Source: an uncultured Chloroflexia bacterium (GTDB lineage: Bacteria; Chloroflexota; Dehalococcoidia; DSTF01; JALHUB01). Taken from it: a stretch of DNA of 64,000 bases. Positions 9,193 to 20,218 of the stretch are shown piece after piece. The stretch is taken from NCBI GenBank assembly GCA_963703345.1, contig OY969814.1:32001-96000 (forward strand). The letters are read 5' to 3'. Under the pieces are notes generated by a model. It searched no databases. It was not told the DNA's origin and saw only the letters and a program-made list of their open reading frames with translations. Every line of letters starts with the position of its first letter. The first letter of the stretch is position 1. Position numbers and translations under genes: made by a program.

Positions 9193-9948
9193 ATGGCCGA
9201 AAGTGGCAAACGGGTCCTCCTCAAGATAAGCGGGGAGGCGCTTGCCGACGAACAGCGCTTCGGGATTGACGCTGCCACCCTCACCAAGATCGCCTCTCAA
9301 ATCAAGGCCGCCCAGGCAAACAACACGCAGATAGGGATCGTCGTCGGCGCCGGCAACATCATACGCGGCAGCGCCATCGGCGGCGAACGCGGCCTCGAGC
9401 GCGTGACCGCCGACTACGCCGGCATGCTCGCGACGATCATTAACTCCCTGGCGCTCCAAAGCGCCCTCGAACGCGAAGGCGTCGACGTCTGCGTCCATTC
9501 CGCCATCGCGGTCCAGGGGGTCGTCGAACCGTTTGCCTGTCGTCGCGCGATTGAGCATTTGGAGGAAGGCGGCGTCGTCATCTTCGCCGGCGGCACCGGC
9601 AACCCTTACTTCACTACCGACACCGCCGCCGCTCTGCGCGCGGTCGAAATCGGCGCCGATCTGGTGCTGATGGCAAAGAACAAGGTCGACGGCGTCTACG
9701 AAGGCAACCCGCGCAAGATGCCGGGCGTGCGTCGCTTCGAGAGGCTGAGCTACCAGGAAGCCCTTGACCGGCGCCTGGAGGTGATGGACAGTACGGCCGT
9801 CACCCTCTGCATGGTCCACCACCTGCCGATAGTCGTCTTCGACCTGATGGCGCCCGACGGAATCGTCCGCGCCGTCCGCGGCGAGCGTATCGGCACGCTC
9901 ATCGCCGACACCAAGACGGTGTACGCCGACGCCGGGGTCGCCGAGTAA
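9193..9948 (+). CDS. pyrH: UMP kinase
   Basis: RVLLKISGEAL, GNIIRG, GTGNPYFTTDTAA, VMDSTA. Confidence 0.95.
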   Translation: MAESGKRVLLKISGEALADEQRFGIDAATLTKIASQIKAAQANNTQIGIVVGAGNIIRGSAIGGERGLERVTADYAGMLATIINSLALQSALEREGVDVCVHSAIAVQGVVEPFACRRAIEHLEEGGVVIFAGGTGNPYFTTDTAAALRAVEIGADLVLMAKNKVDGVYEGNPRKMPGVRRFERLSYQEALDRRLEVMDSTAVTLCMVHHLPIVVFDLMAPDGIVRAVRGERIGTLIADTKTVYADAGVAE

Positions 9949-9979
9949 CGCCGACGCTTGTTCTGGGAGGAGCTACCGC

Positions 9980-10537
9980 ATGATCGACGAGACGATAGAG
10001 AACGCAGAAAGACGCATGAAGAGCGCCGTGTCCGTCCTCCAGCGGGAGCTCGACGGCATACGCAGCGGCCGCGCCCGTCCGGGTCTGGTCGAAGGGCTGA
10101 AGGTGGAAGTGTACGGCAGCACGCTCCCCTTGAACCAACTGGCGACAATCGCCGTCCCCGAAGCGCGCCTCATCACCATCCAGCCCTGGGACCGGCAGTC
10201 GCTCGGCGCGATCGAAAAAGCGATTCAGAAGTCCGACCTGGGCCTGAACCCGACCAACGACGGCCACACGATTCGACTCGCCGTGCCGCAGCTCACGGAG
10301 GAGCGGCGCAAAGACCTGGTGAAGATCGTCCACAAGAAAGTGGAGGAGGGCCGCGTCGCCGTCCGCAACGTGCGACGCCACTCCGTCGACGAGCTGCGCG
10401 CGCTGGACAAGGACAAGGAGATCTCAGACGACGAGGAGAAGCGGGCGGCAGAGCAACTTCAGAAGCTGACCGACCGTTATGTCGAGGAGATCGACAAGCT
10501 CGGCAGGGAGAAGGAAGCGGAGCTGCTGGAGGTCTAG
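9980..10537 (+). CDS. frr: Ribosome recycling factor
   Basis: IRSGRA, YGSTLPLNQLA, DLGLNP, LTEERR, VAVRNVRR. Confidence 0.97.
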   Translation: MIDETIENAERRMKSAVSVLQRELDGIRSGRARPGLVEGLKVEVYGSTLPLNQLATIAVPEARLITIQPWDRQSLGAIEKAIQKSDLGLNPTNDGHTIRLAVPQLTEERRKDLVKIVHKKVEEGRVAVRNVRRHSVDELRALDKDKEISDDEEKRAAEQLQKLTDRYVEEIDKLGREKEAELLEV

Positions 10538-10540
10538 AGG

Positions 10541-11266
10541 ACGTCGAAGAATTCCGTTGCCAACGACGACTCACGGCTCCCCACCCGCATCGCCATCATC
10601 ATGGATGGCAACGGCCGCTGGGCGAAGGAGCGCGGCCTCTCTCGCCAGGCCGGGCACCGCGCCGGCACGGAGAACATCCGCCGCATCATCCGCTACCTCG
10701 GCGAGCGCGGCGTCTCCTACCTGACGCTCTACGCCTTCTCAACCGAGAACTGGTCGCGGCCGGGACCCGAGGTGCGCGCTCTCATGCAGCTCGTCGGGCG
10801 CGTCATCAAGCGCGAGATCAAGGAGCTGCATGAGCGCGGCGTCAGGCTGCGGCATCTTGGCCGCCTCGACAATCTGTCGCCGTCACTTCGCCGCCAGGTC
10901 GTCGACGCCCTTGAGCTGACGAAGGACAACAAGGGAATGACGGTCGCAATCGCCTTCGACTACGGCGGCCGGGCGGAAATCGTCGATGCCGTCCGCCGCA
11001 TCATCGCCGACGGCCTGACGCCGGACAGGGTCGGCGAAGATGTCATGTCATCGTACCTCTACACCGCGGGGATGCCAGACCCCGATCTCGTCATTCGCAC
11101 CGCCGGCGAGATGAGGCTGTCCAACTTCCTCATTTGGCAGGCCGCCTACGCCGAGTACTATTCGACGCTGACCTATTGGCCGGATTTCGGGCCGGAGCAA
11201 CTGGAAGAGGCGCTGCAGGCCTACGCGCGACGGGAGCGTCGCTTCGGCGGGCTGGGCGCCGACTAA
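10541..11266 (+). CDS. uppS: Polyprenyl (undecaprenyl) diphosphate synthase; probable ACG start
   Basis: PTRIAIIMDGNGRWA, YAFSTENW, DLVIRTAGEMRLSNF. The conserved P-x-x-IAII lies upstream of the first ATG (10601); GGAGGT SD sits 7 nt before ACG 10541. Confidence 0.9.
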   Translation, partial: TSKNSVANDDSRLPTRIAIIMDGNGRWAKERGLSRQAGHRAGTENIRRIIRYLGERGVSYLTLYAFSTENWSRPGPEVRALMQLVGRVIKREIKELHERGVRLRHLGRLDNLSPSLRRQVVDALELTKDNKGMTVAIAFDYGGRAEIVDAVRRIIADGLTPDRVGEDVMSSYLYTAGMPDPDLVIRTAGEMRLSNFLIWQAAYAEYYSTLTYWPDFGPEQLEEALQAYARRERRFGGLGAD

Positions 11267-11276
11267 CGGGAGAGGC

Positions 11277-12104
11277 ATGCGAAGACCAGGGCGGGACACC
11301 GGAAAGGGATGGAGCAGCCTGGAGCTGCGCGTCGCCAGCGCGGCTGTCGGCATCCCGCTTATCGTTCTCCTCGTCTGGGCAGGCGCCCGCTGGTATACCG
11401 GCGTCGTCGCGGCGTTGCTGATTGCCGCCACGCTGGAGTTCCAGGCGGCGCGCGGCTCTCGCCTCGACGGTCTGGCGCTCCTCGGCGCCGCTCTATCGGG
11501 AAGCCTGGCCGTCGCCGCCCACGCCGGCAACAACTGGCTCGTCTGGGCGATGACGGGCGTCGTCGTGCTGCCGCTGCTTTGGGCGATGACCGTCCGCCCC
11601 ATCGAGGACGCCCTCTCCGAGTGGCTCTGGACCGTCGGCGGCGTGCTCTACCTCGGCTGGCTGGGCTGCCACCTCGTCCTGCTGCGCGACGTCGGCGACG
11701 GCCGCGACTGGGTTTTCCTGGCGCTCTTCTCCACCTTTGCCACCGACACCGCCGCCTACTTCGTCGGCAGGGCCGTCGGCCGCACGCCGCTGGCGCCGGC
11801 GATAAGCCCGGGCAAGACGGCAGAGGGCGCCGTCGGCGGCTTCGTCTTCGGCGTCGCCGCGGTGCTGCTGCTGAACTACCTGCTCGGCCTGCGTGTCGAA
11901 GCCTCGCAGATCGTCCCTCTCGCCTTCCTGCTGCCGGTCGTCGCTCAGCTCGGCGACCTCATCGAGTCGAAGCTGAAACGCGGCATGCAGGTCAAGGACG
12001 CCGGCCGTCTCATCCCCGGCCACGGCGGCCTCATGGACCGCTTCGACAGCGTGCTCCTCGTAACCGTGGTGGTATACTACTATTTGAAGTGGGTGATTCT
12101 GTAA
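11277..12104 (+). CDS. cdsA: Phosphatidate cytidylyltransferase
   Basis: DTAAYFVG, ISPGKTAEG, GDLIESKLKR, KDAGRLIPGHGGLMDRFDS. Confidence 0.95.
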   Translation: MRRPGRDTGKGWSSLELRVASAAVGIPLIVLLVWAGARWYTGVVAALLIAATLEFQAARGSRLDGLALLGAALSGSLAVAAHAGNNWLVWAMTGVVVLPLLWAMTVRPIEDALSEWLWTVGGVLYLGWLGCHLVLLRDVGDGRDWVFLALFSTFATDTAAYFVGRAVGRTPLAPAISPGKTAEGAVGGFVFGVAAVLLLNYLLGLRVEASQIVPLAFLLPVVAQLGDLIESKLKRGMQVKDAGRLIPGHGGLMDRFDSVLLVTVVVYYYLKWVIL

Positions 12105-13243
12105 GCCGTATCGCCATCCTCGGTTCCACCGGCTCCATCGGGCGTCAGACACTCGACGTGGTGCGCGGACTCCGGCAGCGTTTCCGTGTCATTGGACTCT
12201 GTGCCGGGCGCAACGTCACCCTCCTCGAAGAGCAGGCGCACGAATTCTCGCCGCGACTTGTTTGTTGCGACGGAAACGGATCGACACCTGACGGCGTTAT
12301 ACCTTTCGACGGTTTCGAATGCGCTCCAATGGAAGCCATCGCCGCCGATCCGGAAGTCGACCTCGTCGTCATCGCGACTGCCGGCAAGGCGGGCCTCATC
12401 CCGACGCTGAAGGCGCTGGAGGCGGGCAAGACCGTCGCCCTGGCCAACAAAGAAGTGCTCGTCATGGCGGGCCGGCTGGTGAAGGAAGCAGCCCGTCGCG
12501 GTCACGGCGAGATCCGGCCGATCGACAGCGAGCACAGCGCCATCTGGCAGGTAATGCGCGGCGAGAAGAACGCCAACATCCGGCGGCTGATTCTCACCGC
12601 ATCGGGAGGCGCGTTGCGGGACAAGAGCATCGATGAGCTCCACCGCGTGACGCCGGAGCAGGCGCTCTCCCACCCGACCTGGCAGATGGGGCGCAAGGTG
12701 ACAATCGATTCCGCGACGCTCCTCAACAAGGGGCTCGAAGCAATCGAAGCGCGCTGGCTCTTCGACGTGCCGCTGGACAGGATCGAGATAGTGCTGCACC
12801 GGGAAAGCATCGTCCACTCCGTCGTCGAGTTCTCCGACGGGTCGCTGAAGGCCCAGCTCGGCACACCCGACATGCGCGTGCCCATTCAGGTCGCGCTCTG
12901 CTATCCCGACCGGCCGCACCTGCCGTCCGTCCCACGCCTGGACCTGCGACAGCTTGGAGCGCTTCATTTCGCGGAGCTCAAGCTCGACCGCTACCCCTGC
13001 CTGTCGCTGGCCCTCGAGGCCGGGCATCGCGGCGGCACCTACCCAACCGTTCTCTCCGCTGCCGACGAGGTCGCCGTCGAGGGCTTCCTCAGCGGCCGAA
13101 TAGGCTTCACGCGGATCCCGGAGATCATCGATGAGACGTTAAACGCCCACGAAGGCGGCTCCGACGAGAGCCTGGACGAGATCCTTTCAGCCGATGCCTG
13201 GGCGCGCGAATATGCCGAGATTCTTGTAGGAGCGAAAGCGTGA
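12089..13243 (+). CDS. dxr: 1-deoxy-D-xylulose-5-phosphate reductoisomerase
   Basis: IAILGSTGSIG, LANKE, PIDSEH, LTASGG, HPTWQMG, TIDSAT. Start is GTG 12089 or GTA 12101. Confidence 0.95.
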   Translation: MGDSVSRIAILGSTGSIGRQTLDVVRGLRQRFRVIGLCAGRNVTLLEEQAHEFSPRLVCCDGNGSTPDGVIPFDGFECAPMEAIAADPEVDLVVIATAGKAGLIPTLKALEAGKTVALANKEVLVMAGRLVKEAARRGHGEIRPIDSEHSAIWQVMRGEKNANIRRLILTASGGALRDKSIDELHRVTPEQALSHPTWQMGRKVTIDSATLLNKGLEAIEARWLFDVPLDRIEIVLHRESIVHSVVEFSDGSLKAQLGTPDMRVPIQVALCYPDRPHLPSVPRLDLRQLGALHFAELKLDRYPCLSLALEAGHRGGTYPTVLSAADEVAVEGFLSGRIGFTRIPEIIDETLNAHEGGSDESLDEILSADAWAREYAEILVGAKA

Positions 13244-14303
13244 CCGGTCTCCTTCAGTCCCTGCTGCCTTTCCTCGGAATAATCATCGTTCTCGTGCTCG
13301 TCCACGAGTCGGGGCACTTCATCGCCGCGAAGCTCTCCGGCGTGCGGGTGCTGGAGTTCGGCGTCGGCTTTCCGCCGCGCATCGGCGCTTTCAAGTTCCA
13401 CGACACGGAATACTCGCTTAACGCGCTTCCTCTGGGCGGCTTCGTGCGTATGTTCGGCGAAGAGGACCCGTCGGAGCCGGGCTCCCTCGCCTCCAGACCG
13501 AGACACCTGCGACTCTTCGTCCTCAGCGCCGGCGCGCTCTGCAACTTCCTATTCGCTATTCTCCTCTTCAGCGCCAGCTTCATAATCCCGCGACAAGTTC
13601 CGGTCGGACGCGCCCTCATCACCGAGGTCCTGCCCGGCTCGCCCGCCGCGGCCGCCGGCCTGCAGAGCAACGACGTCATTTACAGCATCGACGGCCGCAA
13701 CGTTCAGAACGTCCCCGACGCCAGCTACAACATCCGTCTTCACCTGGGCGAGACGATAAAGATGACGGTCAAGCGCGGCACTGAGTTCGTCGACGTGAAC
13801 GTGAAGGCGCGCTGGGCGCCGCCGTCCGGGCAAGGGCCCACCGGCATCAGCATCTCTTCTCAATACCCCTTCACCGAAACGCAGTCCTACGCCCCCTGGA
13901 CAGCGCTGGGCCTCGGAACACGCGAGACGTTCGATTCACTGAAGCTGGCCCGCAACGAGGTCATCTCCTGGGTCAAGGGCGCCACTGCGCCCCAGGTCAG
14001 CGGACCGGTAGGAATCGTCCAGGCGACGGGTGAGGTCGTCAAGGAGGCAGGCTGGAAGTCGCTCATCGACTTCATGGGCCTCCTCAGCATCAACCTGGCG
14101 GTGATCAACATCCTGCCGTTCCCCTTCCTGGATGGCGGGCGCATCGTCTTCGTCCTGGTCGAGCTGCTGCGGCGCGGCCGGCGCATCGCTCCGCAGAAGG
14201 AGGCGCTGGTGCACCTGGCCGGGCTGGCTGTTCTCCTGACGTTCGTTGTAGTAATAAGCTACTTCGACATCGCCCGGCTCGTCCGCGGCGAAAACATCTT
14301 CCG

Positions 14304-14307
<4 letters not shown>
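13240..14307 (+). CDS. rseP: RIP metalloprotease RseP (M50 + PDZ)
   Basis: HESGH, PLGGFV, PDZ segment, NILPFPFLDGG. Confidence 0.92.
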
Positions 14308-15386
<1,079 letters not shown>

Positions 15387-15398
15387 CGGGGGCGCTGC

Positions 15399-15689
15399 GT
15401 GAACTTCGACGTCATCGCTCTAACCGTCCTCTGCCTGATCTGGGCGGCGTTCGGCGTCATCCCCTGGCTCGTCGTCGCCTATCGACGCAAAGGACGCGGC
15501 ACGCTGGCGCTGCTTCCGTTAGCGAGTGTCGGCGGTGTCGGCGGCGCTGCGCTGGTGCCGGCGCTCGGCGCGCGAAACCTCCCCGCCGTGTTCGGCAGCC
15601 TCGTCGCCGCCATGGCCGGCGGCCTGGCGCTGATGGTCGTCGGGCCGTACGTCACGCGGGCAGTCCGACGACGGGTGGCATCGTCGTAG
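15399..15689 (+). CDS. Small integral membrane protein (about 3 TM)
   Basis: Hydrophobic 96-aa ORF directly after ispG with host-like codon usage. Confidence 0.6.
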   Translation: MNFDVIALTVLCLIWAAFGVIPWLVVAYRRKGRGTLALLPLASVGGVGGAALVPALGARNLPAVFGSLVAAMAGGLALMVVGPYVTRAVRRRVASS

Positions 15690-15699
15690 GAGTTCCGGT

Positions 15700-15720
15700 C
15701 TGAGGGTTTGAAACCCTCAG
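15700..15720. repeat. Palindrome CTGAGGGTTTGAAACCCTCAG
   Basis: Near-identical to the palindrome at 5969-5989; lies between convergent genes. Confidence 0.55.
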
Positions 15721-15804
15721 CTTCCCTCTCACCCCTCCCAGCAGAAGGCTGCGCCTGCATGCTGGCGGGGAGGAGAATGTAGGTCGGCACAGCGGGGGGC
15801 TGTG

Positions 15805-17067
15805 CTATAGAGAGAAGTCGAGTTGCTCTGCGGCGCTCTCTATCATGAGGATGTACGGTCGCATCAGCGGGTTTCGGAAGCCGTACCGGTATAGCCCTCG
15901 CGAACCCCTTCTCCGCAGAACAGCACCCTTCTGATCAGTCAGCAACTCGCCGAGGGCGACGTTGAGGAAGCCTAGATCCTTGAGTGGATCAATGTGAAAC
16001 CGGCGCCGATATAGGTCCCGCACCTCTGCCGTCGAGAAGTCTCGTTCCTTCGCATGCGCCAGCGCTTGCATGATGTGCTGCCTCGGCCGTACGTTGCCTG
16101 ACCGTTCAATAGCTAGCTCTACACTCCTCTTAAACTCCTCCCGAAACTCCGACACCGCAGACTTCACGGCGGAAAACACGTCGTCAGCGATGACTTCGTC
16201 TCGCTGTGCCCGCTTCGCCAAGCGAGCCGCGTGCAATGCAAGCAGATGCAAGACATATGGGAAACCGTCCGAGAGCTCGACTATGCGGTCCACCTCGCGA
16301 CTGTCAACGGCCAGACCTAGAATTGCCATTCCAGTGTTGAGTATGAACTTGAGTTCCTTGGGGGGCATCCGGGTCACCTCGAAGTCAACTGTACGTCTTG
16401 ACGCGGCGGAGGACATGCTCAGGAGGTCCGCCGCCGTGTCGGCTATGCCCGCAATGATGACTTTGACGTTGGTCGTTTCCTCAGCCCTATCCGAAACGAA
16501 ACCAATGAACTGTGTTACTTTGTCTTTGACGTCCGGTTCAGCGACGTTTTCGAAGTTGTCAAAGAAAATGATGTTTCTCCCGGCCTCGATCAGCTTCTCG
16601 AACAACGCGTCGATCAGCGGCCTCTGGACTACTTGGAATTCGCGTGTTTCTGCAGTCCCTTTTTCGGTTCGCAAACTCCCCTTCAGAAACGCAAGCATAC
16701 CCAACCCGCCCCCGCCAGAAACCTCGCCGCTCCCAGAGTGCGTGGTCGACACCTCGATACGGAGTTCCTGAATCTCAGCGATCGCTGCAAACGCGTCGGA
16801 TAGCAAATCATTGAACGATTTTCCACTGAAGCACTCGATGCGGGCTACACTCAGGTCCATCTCGTGAGCAACGTGAAGCACCAGACTGGTCTTACCGACG
16901 CCTGTGTCGCCGTACAGCATGATTTGGCTGCCCGGCTCGCGCAGAGCATCCTCGAACCGCTGTTGAAGCCTGCCCTCGTCCCGCCTGGCGAACATCTCGC
17001 GGCTGACAGGCGCACGGGGGGTAAAGATGCTCTCCGGAACAGGATTTCGTGGCTTATCGACGGTCAT
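15805..17067 (-). CDS. Solo AAA+/STAND-like P-loop ATPase with probable C-terminal winged helix
   Basis: FTP..P...MFARR, Walker A GDTGVGKTS, Walker B IIFFDNFE, GFPYVLH; visibly lower GC than neighbours. Confidence 0.75.
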   Translation of the reverse strand: MTVDKPRNPVPESIFTPRAPVSREMFARRDEGRLQQRFEDALREPGSQIMLYGDTGVGKTSLVLHVAHEMDLSVARIECFSGKSFNDLLSDAFAAIAEIQELRIEVSTTHSGSGEVSGGGGLGMLAFLKGSLRTEKGTAETREFQVVQRPLIDALFEKLIEAGRNIIFFDNFENVAEPDVKDKVTQFIGFVSDRAEETTNVKVIIAGIADTAADLLSMSSAASRRTVDFEVTRMPPKELKFILNTGMAILGLAVDSREVDRIVELSDGFPYVLHLLALHAARLAKRAQRDEVIADDVFSAVKSAVSEFREEFKRSVELAIERSGNVRPRQHIMQALAHAKERDFSTAEVRDLYRRRFHIDPLKDLGFLNVALGELLTDQKGAVLRRRGSRGLYRYGFRNPLMRPYILMIESAAEQLDFSL

Positions 17068-17275
17068 CGCATTCCCCTTGCCACTTCGGCCGAAAGTAAT
17101 GGGACCCTTGGTTGTCGCCTCGGGGCTGAGCTAGTCCGAATAATACGCCGCGTTCCAGGGCGCGGCAAGGGCGCAGACGGGCCACGCCTGGATCCGCGAA
17201 GGGCCTCATCCTTGACCGGGCCGCCTCCCTCCTCTATCCTCGCCTCTGAACCCATCTTCCGACCCAGGAGACCGC

Positions 17276-18976
17276 ATGCGCCTGACTCATCTCTTCGGCA
17301 AGACGCTGCGTCAAGCCCCCGCCGAGGCCGAGACGCCCAACCACCAGCTACTCCTCCGCGCCCGACTCATCAGCCAGCTCACAGCCGGCGTCTACAGCTA
17401 CCTGCCGCTCGGCTGGCGCGCCCTCCTCAAGCTACGCCAGATCATCCGCGAGGAGATGGACGCCGCCGGAGGCCAGGAGGTCTGGCTGCCCGCCCTCCAG
17501 CCGGTCGAGATGTGGGAGGCGTCGGGACGGCGCAAGGCGTTCGGCGAGACGCTCTTCGTCCTCAAGGACCGACGCGACCGGGAGCTGGCGCTCGGCCCGA
17601 CGCACGAGGAGGTCATCGTCGACCTGTTCAAGCGCCTCGTGCAGAGCTACCGCGAGCTGCCCGTCCTCGTCTACCAGATGCAGACGAAGTTCCGCGACGA
17701 GCCGCGCCCCCGCGGCGGCCTCATGCGCACCCGCGAGTTCACGATGATGGACCTATACAGCTTCGACGCCGACGACGCCGGCCTCGACGCCAGCTACGAC
17801 AAGATGCTCATCGCCTACAAGAACAGCTTCGACCGCTGCGGAGTGCCCAGCATCGCCGTCCTGGCGGACTCCGGGCCCATCGGCGGTCGCGACAGCCAGG
17901 AGTTCATGCACCTGACGGACGTCGGCGAGGACCAGGTGCTCATCTGCCCCAACGGCGACTACGCGGCGAACACCGAGAAGGCGGCGTTCCGCAAACAGGC
18001 CAGCGACGGCCAGGAGCCCCTGCCGGTCGAAGAGGTGGCCACGCCCGGCCAGAAGACCATCGACGACCTCGTCGCTTTTCTCGGCGTTCCGGCCCGGCAG
18101 ACGCTGAAGGCCGTCTTCTACGCCTGCGACGGCGCGCCCGTCTTCGTCGCCATCCGCGGCGACCTGGAGGTGAACGAGATCAAGCTGCGCAACGCCCTCG
18201 GCGGCGGCGACCTGCGGCTCATGGACGACCGCGAAGTCGAGGCGGCGGGCCTGGTGGCGGGCGCGGCGTCGCCCTCCGGTCTACGGGGCGTGCGCGTGGT
18301 CGCCGACGACTCCGTGCTCGACTCCCCGAACCTGGTCGGCGGCGGCAACAGCCCCGACGTCCACCTCCGCAACCTGAACTACGGCCGCGACTGGCAGGCG
18401 GAGATCGTCGCCGACATCGCCCTCGCCCGCGAAGGCGACGCTTGTCCCGAGTGCGGGACGCCGCTACAGATGCGTCGCGCCATCGAGCTCGGCCACGTCT
18501 TCAAGCTCGGCACGATCTACAGCGACAAGCTCGGCGCCACCTACCTCGACGCCGAGGGGAAGGCGCGGCCCGTCGTCATGGGCTGCTACGGCATCGGCGT
18601 GGAGCGGCTGCTGGCCACCGTCATCGAAGCCAACCACGACGAGAAGGGCATCATCTGGCCTGCCAGCGTCGCGCCCTACCAGGCGCACCTCGTCGCGCTC
18701 AACATCGACAACGCGGCGGTGCGTGAGGCGGCCGAGAAGCTGTACGCCGACCTCCAGGCCGCCGGCGTCGACGTGCTCTACGACGACCGCGAGGAGTCGC
18801 CGGGCGTGAAGTTCAACGACGCCGACCTGCTGGGGATGCCGCTGCGGGTGACGGTCAGCCAGCGCACGCTGGAGAAGCAGAGCGTGGAGCTGAAGCTGCG
18901 TCGGGAGAAGGAATCGACGCTGGCGCCGCTGGCGGAGGCCGTGGCCGCCATCACGGCGTCGGCAAAGGCGAGCTAG
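17276..18976 (+). CDS. proS: Proline--tRNA ligase (with editing domain)
   Basis: LGPTHEE, KFRDEPRPRGGLMRTREF, ELGHVFKLG, MGCYGIG, anticodon-binding domain. Confidence 0.97.
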   Translation: MRLTHLFGKTLRQAPAEAETPNHQLLLRARLISQLTAGVYSYLPLGWRALLKLRQIIREEMDAAGGQEVWLPALQPVEMWEASGRRKAFGETLFVLKDRRDRELALGPTHEEVIVDLFKRLVQSYRELPVLVYQMQTKFRDEPRPRGGLMRTREFTMMDLYSFDADDAGLDASYDKMLIAYKNSFDRCGVPSIAVLADSGPIGGRDSQEFMHLTDVGEDQVLICPNGDYAANTEKAAFRKQASDGQEPLPVEEVATPGQKTIDDLVAFLGVPARQTLKAVFYACDGAPVFVAIRGDLEVNEIKLRNALGGGDLRLMDDREVEAAGLVAGAASPSGLRGVRVVADDSVLDSPNLVGGGNSPDVHLRNLNYGRDWQAEIVADIALAREGDACPECGTPLQMRRAIELGHVFKLGTIYSDKLGATYLDAEGKARPVVMGCYGIGVERLLATVIEANHDEKGIIWPASVAPYQAHLVALNIDNAAVREAAEKLYADLQAAGVDVLYDDREESPGVKFNDADLLGMPLRVTVSQRTLEKQSVELKLRREKESTLAPLAEAVAAITASAKAS

Positions 18977-18996
18977 CCGGCCCGGGCAAGAGAGCA

Positions 18997-19251
18997 ATGG
19001 ACTGGGCGCCGGTAGCCACAGCACGCGACGAGATGACCGCGGGCATGTGGGTCGAGCTGCTGCGTAACAACGGCATCCAGGCGTTCACAAGCAGAGGCGA
19101 CGCGCTCGCTTCCAGGCTGGTGCCGTTTGCGCCGACGGCCGTCATGGTGCCCGCCTCGCACCTCGACGAGGCAAAACGCGTCCTGGGCCCTGTTGGCCCG
19201 CAAAAGCGACGTCGCGCCCCTAGAAAGTTCTTCCGAAAAGACGACACCTAG
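18997..19251 (+). CDS. DUF2007-like small protein
   Basis: W..VATARDEMTAGMWVELLRNNGI...VMVP...AKRVL pattern. Confidence 0.65.
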   Translation: MDWAPVATARDEMTAGMWVELLRNNGIQAFTSRGDALASRLVPFAPTAVMVPASHLDEAKRVLGPVGPQKRRRAPRKFFRKDDT

Positions 19252-19394
19252 CTTTTCTACTTTCGCGCGGTGGCGATGGCGGCGGCTTGGAAGGGCCACG
19301 CTGACGTGTCTCCTGACGCTCTGAGCGCCGCCGCGTCGATCCTAACGAGGCTCCAGTCAGGTGGCAGCGTCAGGACGCGTCTGCACGAGCGCCC

Positions 19395-20123
19395 TCACCG
19401 CGTCGTTTGGTCCTTCTTCGCGACGGCGATGATGGCGACCCGCAACGGCGCCAGCATCCCGACTCGGTTCACCAGCCGCTCGTACCCCACCCCCAGCGCA
19501 TACGACAGCGGATGGAACGCCAGATACTCCGGCTCCGTCTCGAAGCGGTCGAGCCGCTCCAGCGTTAGCCCCGCGCCCTCCAGCAGTCGACGCAGCCTGC
19601 CCGCCGTGTTCGCGCGGTACAGCGTCGGGAAGACGTCGCGCTCCTCTACGCCGCGACGCCGGTTAATCGACAGGTGCAGTCGCTGCGGCAGCAGGCCGGC
19701 AGCAAGCGGCACGTAGTGGAAGCGATTCGGCGTCAGCAGCAGAAAGCGCCCGCCCGGCTTGAGAACGCGCGCCACCTCCGCCAGCGCCCGCTCCGGCCGC
19801 GGCAGATGCTCCATCACATGGCTGGCGAGCACCGCGTCGAATGAGGCGGCAGCGAAAGGTAGGCGCTCCAGGTCGCCGCGCACCCGCTCGTCGACGTTCG
19901 GGTTGTCGCGCAGCTCCTCGCCGATATCGACGCCGACGACGCGGCAGCCCGACGCCAGCTCGTAGCGGAAGACGCGACCGCTGCCACAGCCGGCATCGAG
20001 CACCACGGCGCCGGCCGGAATGCACACGCGCAGCGCGTCTTCAAAGCGCTGGTACATGCCGCGAAACTCCGGCGGATAGAACCGCTCGCGCAGCTCTTCC
20101 TTTCGCCAGCCAAATCCAAACAC
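19395..20123 (-). CDS. Class I SAM-dependent methyltransferase
   Basis: VLDAGCGSG, GVD, LPF...SFD, VMEHL, RVLKPGG; GAGGAG SD. Confidence 0.88.
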   Translation of the reverse strand: MFGFGWRKEELRERFYPPEFRGMYQRFEDALRVCIPAGAVVLDAGCGSGRVFRYELASGCRVVGVDIGEELRDNPNVDERVRGDLERLPFAAASFDAVLASHVMEHLPRPERALAEVARVLKPGGRFLLLTPNRFHYVPLAAGLLPQRLHLSINRRRGVEERDVFPTLYRANTAGRLRRLLEGAGLTLERLDRFETEPEYLAFHPLSYALGVGYERLVNRVGMLAPLRVAIIAVAKKDQTTR

Positions 20124-20218
20124 CGTCCATCTCCTCGATCCGGCTTCAACGCCAAGCCGGCCGCGCCCATTCTACCCGACCAGTGGCGCGCGAGGCGACC
20201 TCGCGAGTTCACGCGCCC

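Noticed and set aside
10535-10537. frr UAG as a pyrrolysine codon
   Set aside because: Frr ends at its normal C-terminus, there are no pyl genes in the window, and TAG is widely used as a stop here.
11309-12088. 644-aa ORF suggesting an N-terminally extended Dxr
   Set aside because: The extension is an off-frame overlap of cdsA with Arg-rich nonsense sequence, typical of high-GC DNA.
17070-17275. T-box leader before proS (also checked for argS)
   Set aside because: No T-box consensus or terminator/antiterminator visible.
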